This document shows positions 24,898-33,802 of a DNA stretch of 64,000 nucleotides, piece after piece. Under the pieces are notes generated by a model. That model searched no databases and was not told the DNA's origin. It saw nothing but the letters and a program-made list of their open reading frames with translations. Position 1 is the first letter of the stretch, and every line of letters begins with the position of its first letter. Location: positions 3,408,236-3,472,235 of the forward strand of contig OZ250177.1 of NCBI GenBank assembly GCA_965238135.1. Reading direction: 5' to 3'. Made by a program: the position numbers and the translations under genes. Source of the DNA: Candidatus Multivorans sp. GTDB taxonomy: Bacteria; Acidobacteriota; Thermoanaerobaculia; Multivoradales; Multivoraceae.

Positions 24898-26538
24898 ATG
24901 CCGTGGCTGCTGCTGGCGTTCCTGGTCTGGCTGGTCGGCTATCCGCTGCTCGTGGTGGCGGCCGAGGCGTTCGGCATCGGCGGTCTGGAGGGGGACGGTC
25001 CGACGACGGAGGCGTTCCGCTCCTTCTTCAGCCGGGCGGACGAGTGGAACGCGATGTGGCGGACGCTGTGGATCTCCGTGCTGTCCACGCTCGCCGCGGC
25101 CGCGGTCGGGGTGCCGCTCGGCTTCCTGTTCGAGCGCAACGAGATTCCGGGCCGGCGTCTTCTCGGCGCCCTGGTCGCGCTGCCGGTGGCGCTGCCGCCG
25201 CTGGTGGGCGTCATCGCGTTTCTCTTCCTCTACGGCGAGAGCGGTCTCGCCGCGCGGGGGCTGCAGACCCTGGGTCTCGACGTGTCGTGGCGGCTGACCG
25301 GGCCGGCGGCCATCCTCCTGGTCCACGCGTACTCGATGTACGTGTACTTCTACCTGTTCACCCGGGCGGGACTCTCCGGGCAGGACGGCGCCGCCATCGA
25401 GGCCGCCCAGAGCCTGGGCGCGAAGCGGTCGCAGATCCTGTTCCGGGTCACCCTGCCGCGGCTGCGGCCGGCCCTGGCGGGCGCCACGCTGCTTACGTTC
25501 ATGACCTCGCTCGGCTCGTTCTCGGCCCCCTACATCTTCGGCGGCGGCTTCCGCGTGATGACCACGCAGATCGTCGCCTCCAAGCTGAACGGGGAGCTGC
25601 GCATGGCCTACGTCGAGACGACCATGCTGGCGCTGATGGCGTTCGGCGCCCTGCTCCTGCTGCGCCGGATCGATCCGGGCCTGGACCTGGCGTCGGGCGC
25701 GCGTGGCACGCCGCCGGCGCGGCGGCGCCTGCACAGCCGGGGGGGCCGCGTTGCCGCCGCAGCCGGCGGCTGGATCCTCGCCGGGGTCTTGCTCCTGCCG
25801 CACGCGACGTTGATCCTGATGTCGCTTGTGCCGCCGAACACCTGGACCGTGGAGGCGTTCCCGCCGGTCCTGGGCCTCGTCAACTACGGCGATCTGCTGT
25901 CGTCGGCGGAACGGCTGCGGCCGGCCCTGAACTCGCTCTGGATGGCCGCCGCGGCGACGCTGGCGGCGGTGGTCGTGGGCGTCGTGACGGCGCGACTGTC
26001 GCTTCGGCGCGGCGGTCTGCCCGGGCGCGCACTGGAGACGATGATGACCCTGCCCTGGGCGATTCCGGGGACGGTCTTCGCCCTCGCCCTGGCCGCGGCG
26101 ATGAGCGTCAACGCTCCCTGGGTCGGTCGCTTCGTGCTGGTGGGCACGATCTGGATCCTGCCGCTGGCCTACCTGGTGCGCTCCCTGCCGCTGACCGGCC
26201 GCTCGGTGTTCGCGGCCCTGCGGCAGCTCGACCCGCGCCTGGAGGAGGCCGCGGCGAGTCTCGGCGCCGGCGCGTTGAGAACGGTGCTGCTGATCGTGCT
26301 CCCCCTGCTGCGGCCGGCGGTGATCGCGGGCGCCGGCCTTGCCTTCATCACCATGCTGGGCGACTTCGTGACCTCGATCGTGCTCTACACCTACGACACC
26401 CGCCCGATCTCGATCGAGATCCAGTCCAGCCTGCGGATCCAGGAGACCGGTATTGCCGCCGCCTACGGCGTGCTGCTCATGCTCTTGAGCGCGGCCGCAT
26501 TCATCGCCTGGAACGACCGCGCCGGCGGGCGGCTCTGA
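24898..26538 (+). CDS. ABC transporter permease, duplicated (two-module) FbpB-like
   Basis: The 546-aa protein is highly hydrophobic with two repeated permease modules. Start is the ATG at 24898. An alternative is the TTG at 24850, which overlaps the ATPase stop. Confidence 0.85.
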   Translation: MPWLLLAFLVWLVGYPLLVVAAEAFGIGGLEGDGPTTEAFRSFFSRADEWNAMWRTLWISVLSTLAAAAVGVPLGFLFERNEIPGRRLLGALVALPVALPPLVGVIAFLFLYGESGLAARGLQTLGLDVSWRLTGPAAILLVHAYSMYVYFYLFTRAGLSGQDGAAIEAAQSLGAKRSQILFRVTLPRLRPALAGATLLTFMTSLGSFSAPYIFGGGFRVMTTQIVASKLNGELRMAYVETTMLALMAFGALLLLRRIDPGLDLASGARGTPPARRRLHSRGGRVAAAAGGWILAGVLLLPHATLILMSLVPPNTWTVEAFPPVLGLVNYGDLLSSAERLRPALNSLWMAAAATLAAVVVGVVTARLSLRRGGLPGRALETMMTLPWAIPGTVFALALAAAMSVNAPWVGRFVLVGTIWILPLAYLVRSLPLTGRSVFAALRQLDPRLEEAAASLGAGALRTVLLIVLPLLRPAVIAGAGLAFITMLGDFVTSIVLYTYDTRPISIEIQSSLRIQETGIAAAYGVLLMLLSAAAFIAWNDRAGGRL

Positions 26539-26557
26539 GCGCGGGCCGCCTCCTGCT

Positions 26558-27733
26558 GTGCCGCGACTGATCGACCATCGCCTGGGGGCGCTGATGGCGG
26601 TCGCGTTCGTGTGCACGCTGGGCGAGTTCCTGGTCGTGGCACTTCTCCCGTTCTACGCGGAGCGATACGGCGCGAGTCCCTTCGAAGTCGGCGCTCTGGT
26701 GTCCGCCTTCGCCCTGGCGGCGATGGCGACCGCACCGCTCTGGGGCCGGCTCGCCGACCGCTCGGGGCGCAGGCCGGCACTGCTGCTCGGCCTTCTGGTG
26801 TCGGCTGTGGGCTTCGCCCTTTTCGGCGTGGCGCAGTCGATCGAGTTGCTGCTGCTGAGCCGCCTGGTGCAGGGTGTGGGCGGCGGCACGGTGCCGGTGG
26901 TGTTCGCCTACATCGCCGACTCGGTGACCGGCGAGCGGCGCGCCGAGGGTGTCGGGTGGGTGACCGCCGTCACCAGCTCAGCGGCGATGATCGGCCCGGC
27001 CGTGGGCAGTTTCGCGGGCCAGGTCCATCCGGCCGGGCCCGGAGCGGTGGCCGCGGCGCTCAGCGTGGCGGCCGCGGTGTTCGCGCACTTCTGGCTGCCG
27101 GAGTCGCGGCCGCGAGGGACGCCGAGCGGCGAGGGGGAGGAGGCGCGGTACTCGATCCTGGGGGCCGTCGGCCGGGTAGCCGCACAGCCGCTTCGCCCGC
27201 TCAATCTCCTGATCTGGATCTACGCCGCCGGGCAAATCGGCATGGCGGGGATGACCGCGATCATCGGCCTCTACCTGGGGCGTCGTTTCGGAGTGGACGA
27301 GTCGAACATCGGGTTGTTCTTCTTCTATCTGGGCGGCCTGTCCATCGTCTTCCGCGTTCTCGTTCTGGGGCGGGCGGTCCGTCGCTGGGGCGACGTCAAC
27401 GTCTTGCGCACCGGCGCCTTGAGCTTCGGCGCCGGGCTGATTGCGATCCCGTTCGCCACCGGACTATGGACGCTCGGGGCGGCGATCTTCCTCGTCCCGC
27501 TGGGCACCTCGCTGCTCTTCCCTTGCACGACCTCGCAGGTCTCGAAGCGCGCCCCCGGAAGCGGCGTCGTGGGGCAGGTGCTGGGCGTCCAACAGGCCTA
27601 CGGCAACGCCAGCAAGATCGCCGCGCCGCTCCTCGCGGGCTATCTGTTCCAGGAGCTGTCGCCGGGCGTGCCGTTCCTGGCCATCGGCGCAGTGCTGCTC
27701 GTTGCTGCCGTGGCGTCGTTCCGGCTGCGGTGA
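26558..27733 (+). CDS. MFS transporter
   Basis: GRLADRSGRRPALLLGL is the MFS loop 2-3 motif. The 391-aa protein has a 12-TM-like hydrophobic profile. Confidence 0.85.
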   Translation: MPRLIDHRLGALMAVAFVCTLGEFLVVALLPFYAERYGASPFEVGALVSAFALAAMATAPLWGRLADRSGRRPALLLGLLVSAVGFALFGVAQSIELLLLSRLVQGVGGGTVPVVFAYIADSVTGERRAEGVGWVTAVTSSAAMIGPAVGSFAGQVHPAGPGAVAAALSVAAAVFAHFWLPESRPRGTPSGEGEEARYSILGAVGRVAAQPLRPLNLLIWIYAAGQIGMAGMTAIIGLYLGRRFGVDESNIGLFFFYLGGLSIVFRVLVLGRAVRRWGDVNVLRTGALSFGAGLIAIPFATGLWTLGAAIFLVPLGTSLLFPCTTSQVSKRAPGSGVVGQVLGVQQAYGNASKIAAPLLAGYLFQELSPGVPFLAIGAVLLVAAVASFRLR

Positions 27734-27974
27734 TCGCTGCGCTCTACCCGGACGTCGGGTCGCATTCAGTGCTGCCGTTTATCCATTGACCAGACCCACG
27801 CAGAGACAACCGGCGAAGCTCGCCGGAGAAAGTCGCCACAGTCCGGGAATGTCGAGGCCGATGGCCGCGGGCCGGGTCGGATCCGGCTGCCTCGTCAGGG
27901 CCACTGGAACCAGCGCGAGGGTGAGGAGGATCGCCGTGCTGAACAGCAGGGCGGCAGTTGCCTGAGCATCGCGG

Positions 27975-28457
27975 TCATCTCTTGTTGCGGCGGCCCGCTT
28001 CAAGAGCCTGGAGGACCTCCTCCGGGGTTCGTTCGGCAGAGGCGAACGGATCGATCACCCGAACTTCGCCGAAAGTCTGGCCGTGCTGGAGATCCTCGGT
28101 GAGGAGGACCGGACATCCACACGATTGAGCGGCCGCCACGATCAACGCGTCCCACCAGGACAGCGAGTTGGCCTGCTCGAGAATCCACGCTCGTTCCATG
28201 ATGGCGAGGTTGACCGGGACCGGCTGCCACGCGGCCAGAGCCCGGACGATCTGGCGAGCTTTGGCGCCGCCCATGCCCGGCTTCAGCTTGCGGGTAAGGG
28301 TCGCGTACAGCTCCTGCAAGACCTGCACACTCAGGCGGCCGGAGTGGCTGCGCCATAGATACGAGTACCAGTCTTCGGCACGCGACTGCTTCGCCGGGTC
28401 GGACGAGTCGTGCCGGTAGACGAGTACGTTCGTGTCAACGAAGACCGGGCCGGTCAT
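27975..28457 (-). CDS. vapC: PIN-domain toxin (VapC-like)
   Basis: MTGPVFVDTNVLVY is the PIN N-terminus and WWDALIVAAAQSCGCPVLLTEDLQHG the C-terminal block. Confidence 0.8.
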   Translation of the reverse strand: MTGPVFVDTNVLVYRHDSSDPAKQSRAEDWYSYLWRSHSGRLSVQVLQELYATLTRKLKPGMGGAKARQIVRALAAWQPVPVNLAIMERAWILEQANSLSWWDALIVAAAQSCGCPVLLTEDLQHGQTFGEVRVIDPFASAERTPEEVLQALEAGRRNKR

Positions 28458-28677
28458 GGAGCGAGTCTCGCGAGGGGTAAGGCTGGCCCTTCTGCTTCAG
28501 CCTCTCGGGCTGAATCGCGAGGGCTCGTTCCATGGCGACGTCGTAACGATCCTCCTGGCGCCTCATCCGTTGAACCAGGTCTGCCAACCAGCGGGAAACA
28601 CTGCGCTCGTTCTCCGCAGCGCGGACCCGGACCCACCGGGCGTCGTCTTCAGGCAGCGCGATCGTGATGTTCTTCAC
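28435..28677 (-). CDS. vapB: ribbon-helix-helix antitoxin (VapB-like)
   Basis: (V)KNITIALPEDDARWVRVRAAENERSVSRWLADLV follows an RHH pattern. The gene overlaps the PIN gene by 23 nt. Confidence 0.7.
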   Translation of the reverse strand: MKNITIALPEDDARWVRVRAAENERSVSRWLADLVQRMRRQEDRYDVAMERALAIQPERLKQKGQPYPSRDSLHDRPGLR

Positions 28678-28694
28678 GGCACGAGACTAGGGAA

Positions 28695-28709
28695 ACACGA
28701 AGTTCGTGT
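28695..28709. promoter_or_regulatory. perfect palindrome upstream of vapB (candidate operator)
   Basis: ACACGAA-G-TTCGTGT lies 18 nt upstream of the antitoxin GTG. It also overlaps a short relic that resembles a PIN N-terminus. Confidence 0.3.
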
Positions 28710-28730
28710 CAACGAGTCTGGGTATGAGAG

Positions 28731-28757
28731 AAGGGCGCGGCCTGTGGCCGCGCCCTT
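28731..28757 (-). terminator. GC-rich hairpin downstream of the tRNA-like element
   Basis: AAGGGCGCGGCC-tgt-GGCCGCGCCCTT has a 12-bp perfect stem. It is followed on the minus strand by CTTCTCTCAT, a weak U-tract. Confidence 0.45.
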
Positions 28758-28765
28758 TGAAGACT

Positions 28766-28860
28766 TGGTAGCGGGGGCAGGATTTGAACCTGGGAGCCTT
28801 GGGCTATGGCAGGCCGATGGGTTAGGTGCTCTAGACGGTCTTGCGGTGGAAGCCCCCGCT
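28766..28860 (-). pseudogene. degenerate tandem copy of the initiator tRNA gene (95 nt, no valid D-arm or anticodon arm)
   Basis: The 3' half (CAGGTTCAAATCCTGCCCCCGCTACCA), the 3' flank and the terminator are near-identical to the tRNA at 28905-28981. A 7-bp acceptor stem AGCGGGG/CCCCGCT is still possible. The 5' and central parts have diverged and are expanded. Confidence 0.5.
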
Positions 28861-28869
28861 AGACGGGAG

Positions 28870-28896
28870 AAGGGCGCGGCCAGCGGCCGCGCCCTT
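28870..28896 (-). terminator. GC-rich hairpin downstream of tRNA-fMet
   Basis: AAGGGCGCGGCC-agc-GGCCGCGCCCTT has the same stem as 28731-28757. Confidence 0.45.
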
Positions 28897-28904
28897 AGAA
28901 GACT

Positions 28905-28981
<77 letters not shown>

Positions 28982-28993
28982 TCAGGACGGGGG

Positions 28994-29022
28994 ATCGTGG
29001 CACAGGAGGGGTGCAGTGTCAA
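28994..29022 (-). promoter_or_regulatory. sigma70-like promoter for the tRNA
   Basis: On the minus strand: TTGACA (29022-29017), a 17-nt spacer, then CACGAT (28999-28994). It lies about 13 nt upstream of the mature tRNA 5' end. Confidence 0.35.
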
Positions 29023-29100
29023 CCTGGAGCCGGGCCGGATCTTGCTTCTCCGGCGCCCGTCTTCGCGGCCTCGAGTCCGCCCCTCGTATAGGCTTCGTCC

Positions 29101-29451
29101 GTGTCAGCGACGCCTCCAGACCGGCGCGGGCGGCTGCGGGAGCGCATCGATCGTTGGCGCGAATGGACGCAGCGCTCGCTTCCGACGCTTATCGGTGTTG
29201 GCCTGATCCTGGTTCTCCTGTTTCTCGCCAAGGCAGGCGCCGAGAACTACTCGGGCCTTGCCGAGCTCGCGGACCGGGAGGCGGAACTCGAGATCGAGCT
29301 GGAGGAGGCGACGCAGCGGGTCGACAGCCTGAGGCGCACGGTCGTGCTGATGCAGGACGATCCGGCAGTGCTGGAGCGTCTGGCGCGCGAGGAGCTGGGC
29401 CTGGTGAGACCAGATGACACGGTCGTGGTCCTGCCGCGGGCGGACGACTGA
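29101..29451 (+). CDS. ftsB: septum formation initiator FtsB/DivIC family
   Basis: A single TM (LPTLIGVGLILVLLFLA) is followed by a coiled coil and the ...LERLAREELGLVRPDDTVVVL C-terminal motif. Confidence 0.75.
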   Translation: MSATPPDRRGRLRERIDRWREWTQRSLPTLIGVGLILVLLFLAKAGAENYSGLAELADREAELEIELEEATQRVDSLRRTVVLMQDDPAVLERLAREELGLVRPDDTVVVLPRADD

Positions 29452-29466
29452 TCCGGCCCTGAACCG

Positions 29467-32400
29467 GTGTCCGTGTGGCGTGAACTCCGCCGCCGCATTC
29501 GCCGCGGCCGCGACTACCGCGAACTCGCTGCGGCTGAGCGTGCGGCGGTCGTCGGTCTGCCGGTGCGCGCGGCCTCGGTGGTGTTCGAGCTGCTGGCCGA
29601 GGATCGTGCCGCGGCCCAGCTCGTGGTCGTGCCGAGCGAGAGCGAGGTGCTGGCCTGGACCGAAGGGGCTCGGCTGCTCGGGCGCCGGGACGGGGCGCGG
29701 GTCGTTCCCTTTCCGTCTCCGGCGCTGACGCCCTACCAGCAGGCCGAGGCCTCGTTGCAGGTGCGCGCCCAGGAAAGCGTCGCCTACGACGTTCTGCTTG
29801 GCGCTTCGCGGGTCACCGTGGTCTGCACGCCCCGGACGCTGTTTCATCGTCTCGCCGAACCGCAGGCGTTCCTGCAGTCGGTCATAGGCGTTCGGGTGGG
29901 AGAGGACATTGTTCCCGAGGAACTCCTGACCCACCTGGTCGCCCGCGGCTACCGGCGCAGCGATCTGGTGGCGGCGGTGGGCGCGGTGGCGCAGCGGGGC
30001 GGAGTCTTCGACCTCTTCGCGCCCGGCGAACCGCGGCCGGCGCGACTCGACCTGTTCGGCGACACGATCGAGAGCATCCATCGTTTCGATCTGTCGACGC
30101 AGCGCTCCGAGGAGGCAATCGAGTCGTTGCGCATCCGGCCCTTGACGCCGTTCGCGGCCGCGCCGGAGCAGGCCGCCGAGCTGGCCCTGGCGCTACTGGA
30201 AGAACGGGGCGACGATCTGGCTGAATCGGCCCGCACCCAGTTGCAGGAGATGGTGGAGGGGGAGCCCTTTCCGGGCTGGGAGAAGTACCTCCCGCTGCTG
30301 CAGCCGAGCACGAGTCTCGGCGAGGTGATGGAGAACGCCACCGTCGTCGTGGTCGAACTGGACCGGGTGCGACGGGAGATCGAGCAGCACACGGAGATGC
30401 TGTGGGACGAGTACGCGAGACGGTCCGACGACGGCGACATCGCCGCCGAACCGGAGCGGTTGACGGTGCCCAGTGCTCAGGTGCTCGATCTCGTCGAGGA
30501 CGCGGCTCTCCGGATCGGGGGCGTGCTGGATGAGCGCGAGGGACGGCGAACCCGGGTCGACTTCGGCGCGGTCGAAACGGACGTCCTGATCGATCAGCTT
30601 CCCCGCTTTCCGCGCGAGGTGGAGACCGCCGCGGCGCGCGGCGACGACCTGTGGCTGGTGGCGCGCGCCGGGCGGCACGAGTCGCTGCGCCAGACACTCG
30701 GCAGCCGCAAGATCGACTGGGATGGAGGCGGCGTGCGGCTGGTCGACGGCGAACTGGGACGGGGTTTCCGGCTTCCGGCAGCCGGGCTCGTGCTCTTCGG
30801 CGAGGGGCAACTCTTCCGGCGCCGGGCTGCGGCGCCCCGCCGCCGCCGGATGGGGCCCTTCGTGTCCGGCCTCGGGGACCTGCGGGTCGGCGAGTTCGTG
30901 GTCCACGAGGAACACGGCATCGGACAATTCCTGGGGCTCAGGACGCTTGAAGGTCCGCCCGGCGACGGGCCCGAGGTGGAGGGCTACGGACCCCGCAGGC
31001 CGTCGCGGGCGGTCGAGGTCATGGAGCTCCTCTATTCATCGGGCCGCACGCTGCTGCTGCCTCTGACTCGCCTGAACGAGATCGAGCGCTACAGCGGCAT
31101 CGATGGGCTCGCGCCCCGCCTCGACCAACTGGGCGGCAGCAGTTGGGCGAAGAAGAAGGGCCGGATCAGTCGCAGCCTGAAGGCGATCGCCACCGATCTG
31201 TTGAGACTCTACGCGGAGCGGCGGCTGGCGCGGGCGGTGCCGATGAACGAGGACAGCGATCGCCAGCTCCAGTTCGAGAGCGCCTTCACCTACGAGGAGA
31301 CGCCGGATCAACTGGAGGCGGTGCGCACGATCAAGGAGGACCTGGGCCGCGAACAGCCGATGGACCGGCTTCTGTGCGGCGACGTCGGCTTCGGCAAGAC
31401 CGAGGTGGCGATGCGGGCGGCGTTCAAGGCGGTGGACAACGGCCTGCAGGTCGCGGTCCTGGCGCCGACGACGATTCTCGCCGATCAGCACCTGCGCACG
31501 TTCCGGCGGCGCTTCCAGGGCTTCGACTTCGAGATCGAGATGGTCTCCCGCTTCCGTTCGGCGGCCCAGGTCAAGGCGATCCGTGAGCGTCTGGCGGCGG
31601 GCGAGATTCACATTCTCATCGGTACCCACCGACTCCTGAGCCGTGACATCGACATGCCCTGCCTGGGCCTGGTGATCATCGACGAGGAGCAGCGTTTCGG
31701 AGTCGCCCAGAAGGAACGCCTGCGTGAGTTGAAGCGCAACGTCCACGTGCTGGCGATGTCGGCGACGCCGGTGCCGCGCACGCTGCAGTTGTCGCTGGCC
31801 GGGGTGCGCGACCTGTCCCTGATCGAGTCGCCGCCCCGGGACCGGATGGCGGTCGAGACCCGGGTGCTGCCGTTCTCGGGCGACCTCGTCCGCGAGGCGA
31901 TCGAGTTCGAGGTCGAGCGCGGCGGCCAGGTGTTCTACGTCTACAACCGGGTCGAGAACATCGAAGGGATGCTCCGCTATCTGCGGGAGCTCGTGCCGGG
32001 GCTCCGGATCACCGTCGGTCACGGTCAGATGGAGGAAGGGGAGCTGAGCCTTCGGATGCGTGGGTTTACTTCCGGCGAGTACGACCTGTTGCTGGCGACG
32101 ACGATCATCGAGAACGGGATCGATATTCCCAACGTGAACACGATGCTCGTTCACCGCGCGGATCGCTTCGGTCTGGCCCAGCTCTACCAGTTGCGGGGCC
32201 GGGTCGGCCGCAGCGATCAACTGGGCTACTGCTACCTTCTGGCGCCCCCGGACACGGTGCTTTCGGAGGAGGCGCGCAAGCGACTCGTCGCCGTCCGGGA
32301 GTTCACCGAGCTCGGGGCGGGTTTCCGGATTGCGGCGCGTGACCTGGAGATTCGGGGCGCCGGCAACCTGCTCGGGGCGGAACAGAGCGGCCACATCGCG

Positions 32401-32940
32401 GAAGTCGGGATCGAGACCTACATGAAGATGCTGGAGAAGACGATCGCCGAACTCCGGGGCGAGGCGCCGGCGGACAGGCCGTCGGCGTCGATCAGCCTGC
32501 CCGCGACCATGTCGATTCCGGAGGACTACATCGGCGAGATCTCTTTGCGACTCGAGATCTACCGGCGCCTTGCGGACGCCGACGAGGATCCAGAGACGCT
32601 GCTTGCCGAGCTGCGCGACCGTTTCGGACCGCCGCCGGAGGCGGTGCACACCCTGATTCGCGGCGCGGAACTGAAACGGATTGCGGAATCCCTGGGTGTC
32701 CAGTCGATCGCGCACCGGAGCGATCGGCTGACGGTCAAGCTTCGCCGCGACGCGAAGGTCGATCTGGAACGCTTGATCCGCTTCGTTTCCGAGCGGGAGG
32801 GCGCCGGTTTCACTCCGGACGGGGTGCTGACGCTGTCCGAGATACCGGGCCGTGAGTCGCTCGAGATCGCGCTCCAGCTCCTGCAGTTGCTGGCGGGTGA
32901 ACCGCTGTCGCGGCTCGCCGGTTCGGAGACGGTCCATTGA
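29467..32940 (+). CDS. mfd: transcription-repair coupling factor
   Basis: The protein is 1157 aa. It has a CarD-like GEFVVHEEHGIGQF block, helicase motifs LLCGDVGFGKTEVA and DEEQRFG, and a TRCF C-terminus. Confidence 0.95.
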   Translation: MSVWRELRRRIRRGRDYRELAAAERAAVVGLPVRAASVVFELLAEDRAAAQLVVVPSESEVLAWTEGARLLGRRDGARVVPFPSPALTPYQQAEASLQVRAQESVAYDVLLGASRVTVVCTPRTLFHRLAEPQAFLQSVIGVRVGEDIVPEELLTHLVARGYRRSDLVAAVGAVAQRGGVFDLFAPGEPRPARLDLFGDTIESIHRFDLSTQRSEEAIESLRIRPLTPFAAAPEQAAELALALLEERGDDLAESARTQLQEMVEGEPFPGWEKYLPLLQPSTSLGEVMENATVVVVELDRVRREIEQHTEMLWDEYARRSDDGDIAAEPERLTVPSAQVLDLVEDAALRIGGVLDEREGRRTRVDFGAVETDVLIDQLPRFPREVETAAARGDDLWLVARAGRHESLRQTLGSRKIDWDGGGVRLVDGELGRGFRLPAAGLVLFGEGQLFRRRAAAPRRRRMGPFVSGLGDLRVGEFVVHEEHGIGQFLGLRTLEGPPGDGPEVEGYGPRRPSRAVEVMELLYSSGRTLLLPLTRLNEIERYSGIDGLAPRLDQLGGSSWAKKKGRISRSLKAIATDLLRLYAERRLARAVPMNEDSDRQLQFESAFTYEETPDQLEAVRTIKEDLGREQPMDRLLCGDVGFGKTEVAMRAAFKAVDNGLQVAVLAPTTILADQHLRTFRRRFQGFDFEIEMVSRFRSAAQVKAIRERLAAGEIHILIGTHRLLSRDIDMPCLGLVIIDEEQRFGVAQKERLRELKRNVHVLAMSATPVPRTLQLSLAGVRDLSLIESPPRDRMAVETRVLPFSGDLVREAIEFEVERGGQVFYVYNRVENIEGMLRYLRELVPGLRITVGHGQMEEGELSLRMRGFTSGEYDLLLATTIIENGIDIPNVNTMLVHRADRFGLAQLYQLRGRVGRSDQLGYCYLLAPPDTVLSEEARKRLVAVREFTELGAGFRIAARDLEIRGAGNLLGAEQSGHIAEVGIETYMKMLEKTIAELRGEAPADRPSASISLPATMSIPEDYIGEISLRLEIYRRLADADEDPETLLAELRDRFGPPPEAVHTLIRGAELKRIAESLGVQSIAHRSDRLTVKLRRDAKVDLERLIRFVSEREGAGFTPDGVLTLSEIPGRESLEIALQLLQLLAGEPLSRLAGSETVH

Positions 32941-32963
32941 GCGGCCGGTTGGACTCGCGTGCG

Positions 32964-33791
32964 ATGCGACGAGCCTGCGCCTGTCTCCTGGTCGGGGTAT
33001 CCCTGGGCTGTGGCGGCGGCAGGCTGCCGGAGGGCGTGGTGGCGCGAATCGGCAACCAGGACTTTCGTTACGAGGACTTTCACGGCTACGTTGAAGAGTC
33101 GCTCGGCGGGGACGCTTCGCGCTTCGCCAGCGCGGTGCTCTCCCGGCTCTTCGAGCGCTTCGTCGACGACCAATTGCTCTTGCAGTTGGCCCGGGATCGG
33201 GGGCTCGTGGACGGGAAGGCTACGGTCCACCAGGCCGCGATGCGGTTGCTCGAGGCGTCAACGCCGGTCGTGTCGTGGTCGGAAATCGAGCGCTACTACG
33301 CCGAACACCGGAGTGATTTCGCGCGGCCGCCACGGGTTCGCCTGCGTCAGATTCTGGCCCAGGATCGAACCGCCGCCGGGCTGGCGCTGGCAGAGCTCGA
33401 AGCTGGCGTGGACTTCGGGGAGGTGGCGCGTCTGCGTTCCCTTGGCCCCAGCGCGTCATCCGGAGGTCTCCAGGGCGAACTGTCGCGCGAGGATCTTCCC
33501 CCGGCGCTCGCCGACATCGTCTTCGAGCTTGGCGAAGGAGAATGGAGCGACCTGCTCGAGGCCGACTACGGCTTTCGCATCTTCCAGGTCGAGCGCCTCT
33601 TGCCGGAAGAAACCTTGACGGTCGCGGAGGCGGCGCCAAGAGTAAGGACCCTGCTGGAGGAGGCGCAAAGCGAAGAGCTTGTCCGAGCCGCCGCCGCCCA
33701 AGCCCGGCAGCAGTACAATCTGCGCGTCGCGGTGGAGCGGTTGCCCTTCGAGTACCACGGCGCGTTCGTGGATCAGGCCGCCGCAGAATGA
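32964..33791 (+). CDS. parvulin-type peptidyl-prolyl isomerase lipoprotein (SurA/PrsA-like)
   Basis: MRRACACLLVGVSLGC is a lipobox. The PpiC-type block reads RVRLRQILAQD...GGLQGELSREDLPPALADIVFEL. An alternative start is the TTG at 32937, which overlaps the mfd stop. Confidence 0.75.
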   Translation: MRRACACLLVGVSLGCGGGRLPEGVVARIGNQDFRYEDFHGYVEESLGGDASRFASAVLSRLFERFVDDQLLLQLARDRGLVDGKATVHQAAMRLLEASTPVVSWSEIERYYAEHRSDFARPPRVRLRQILAQDRTAAGLALAELEAGVDFGEVARLRSLGPSASSGGLQGELSREDLPPALADIVFELGEGEWSDLLEADYGFRIFQVERLLPEETLTVAEAAPRVRTLLEEAQSEELVRAAAAQARQQYNLRVAVERLPFEYHGAFVDQAAAE

Positions 33792-33802
33792 GGTAACAAG
33801 AA

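Noticed and set aside
27779-28003. A 74-aa minus-strand ORF with one hydrophobic helix between the MFS gene and vapC.
   Set aside because: It overlaps the vapC 3' end, has no ribosome-binding site that I can see and no recognisable family. It is likely non-coding or a remnant.
28766-28860. The 95-nt tRNA-like element as a genuine long-variable-arm tRNA (Ser/Leu/Tyr) or tRNA-Sec.
   Set aside because: It has no GG-containing D-loop or complementary D-stem and no 5-bp anticodon stem around any 7-nt loop. The only TCA is in the T-loop. U8 is replaced. It is better explained as a degenerate copy of the neighbouring tRNA-fMet.
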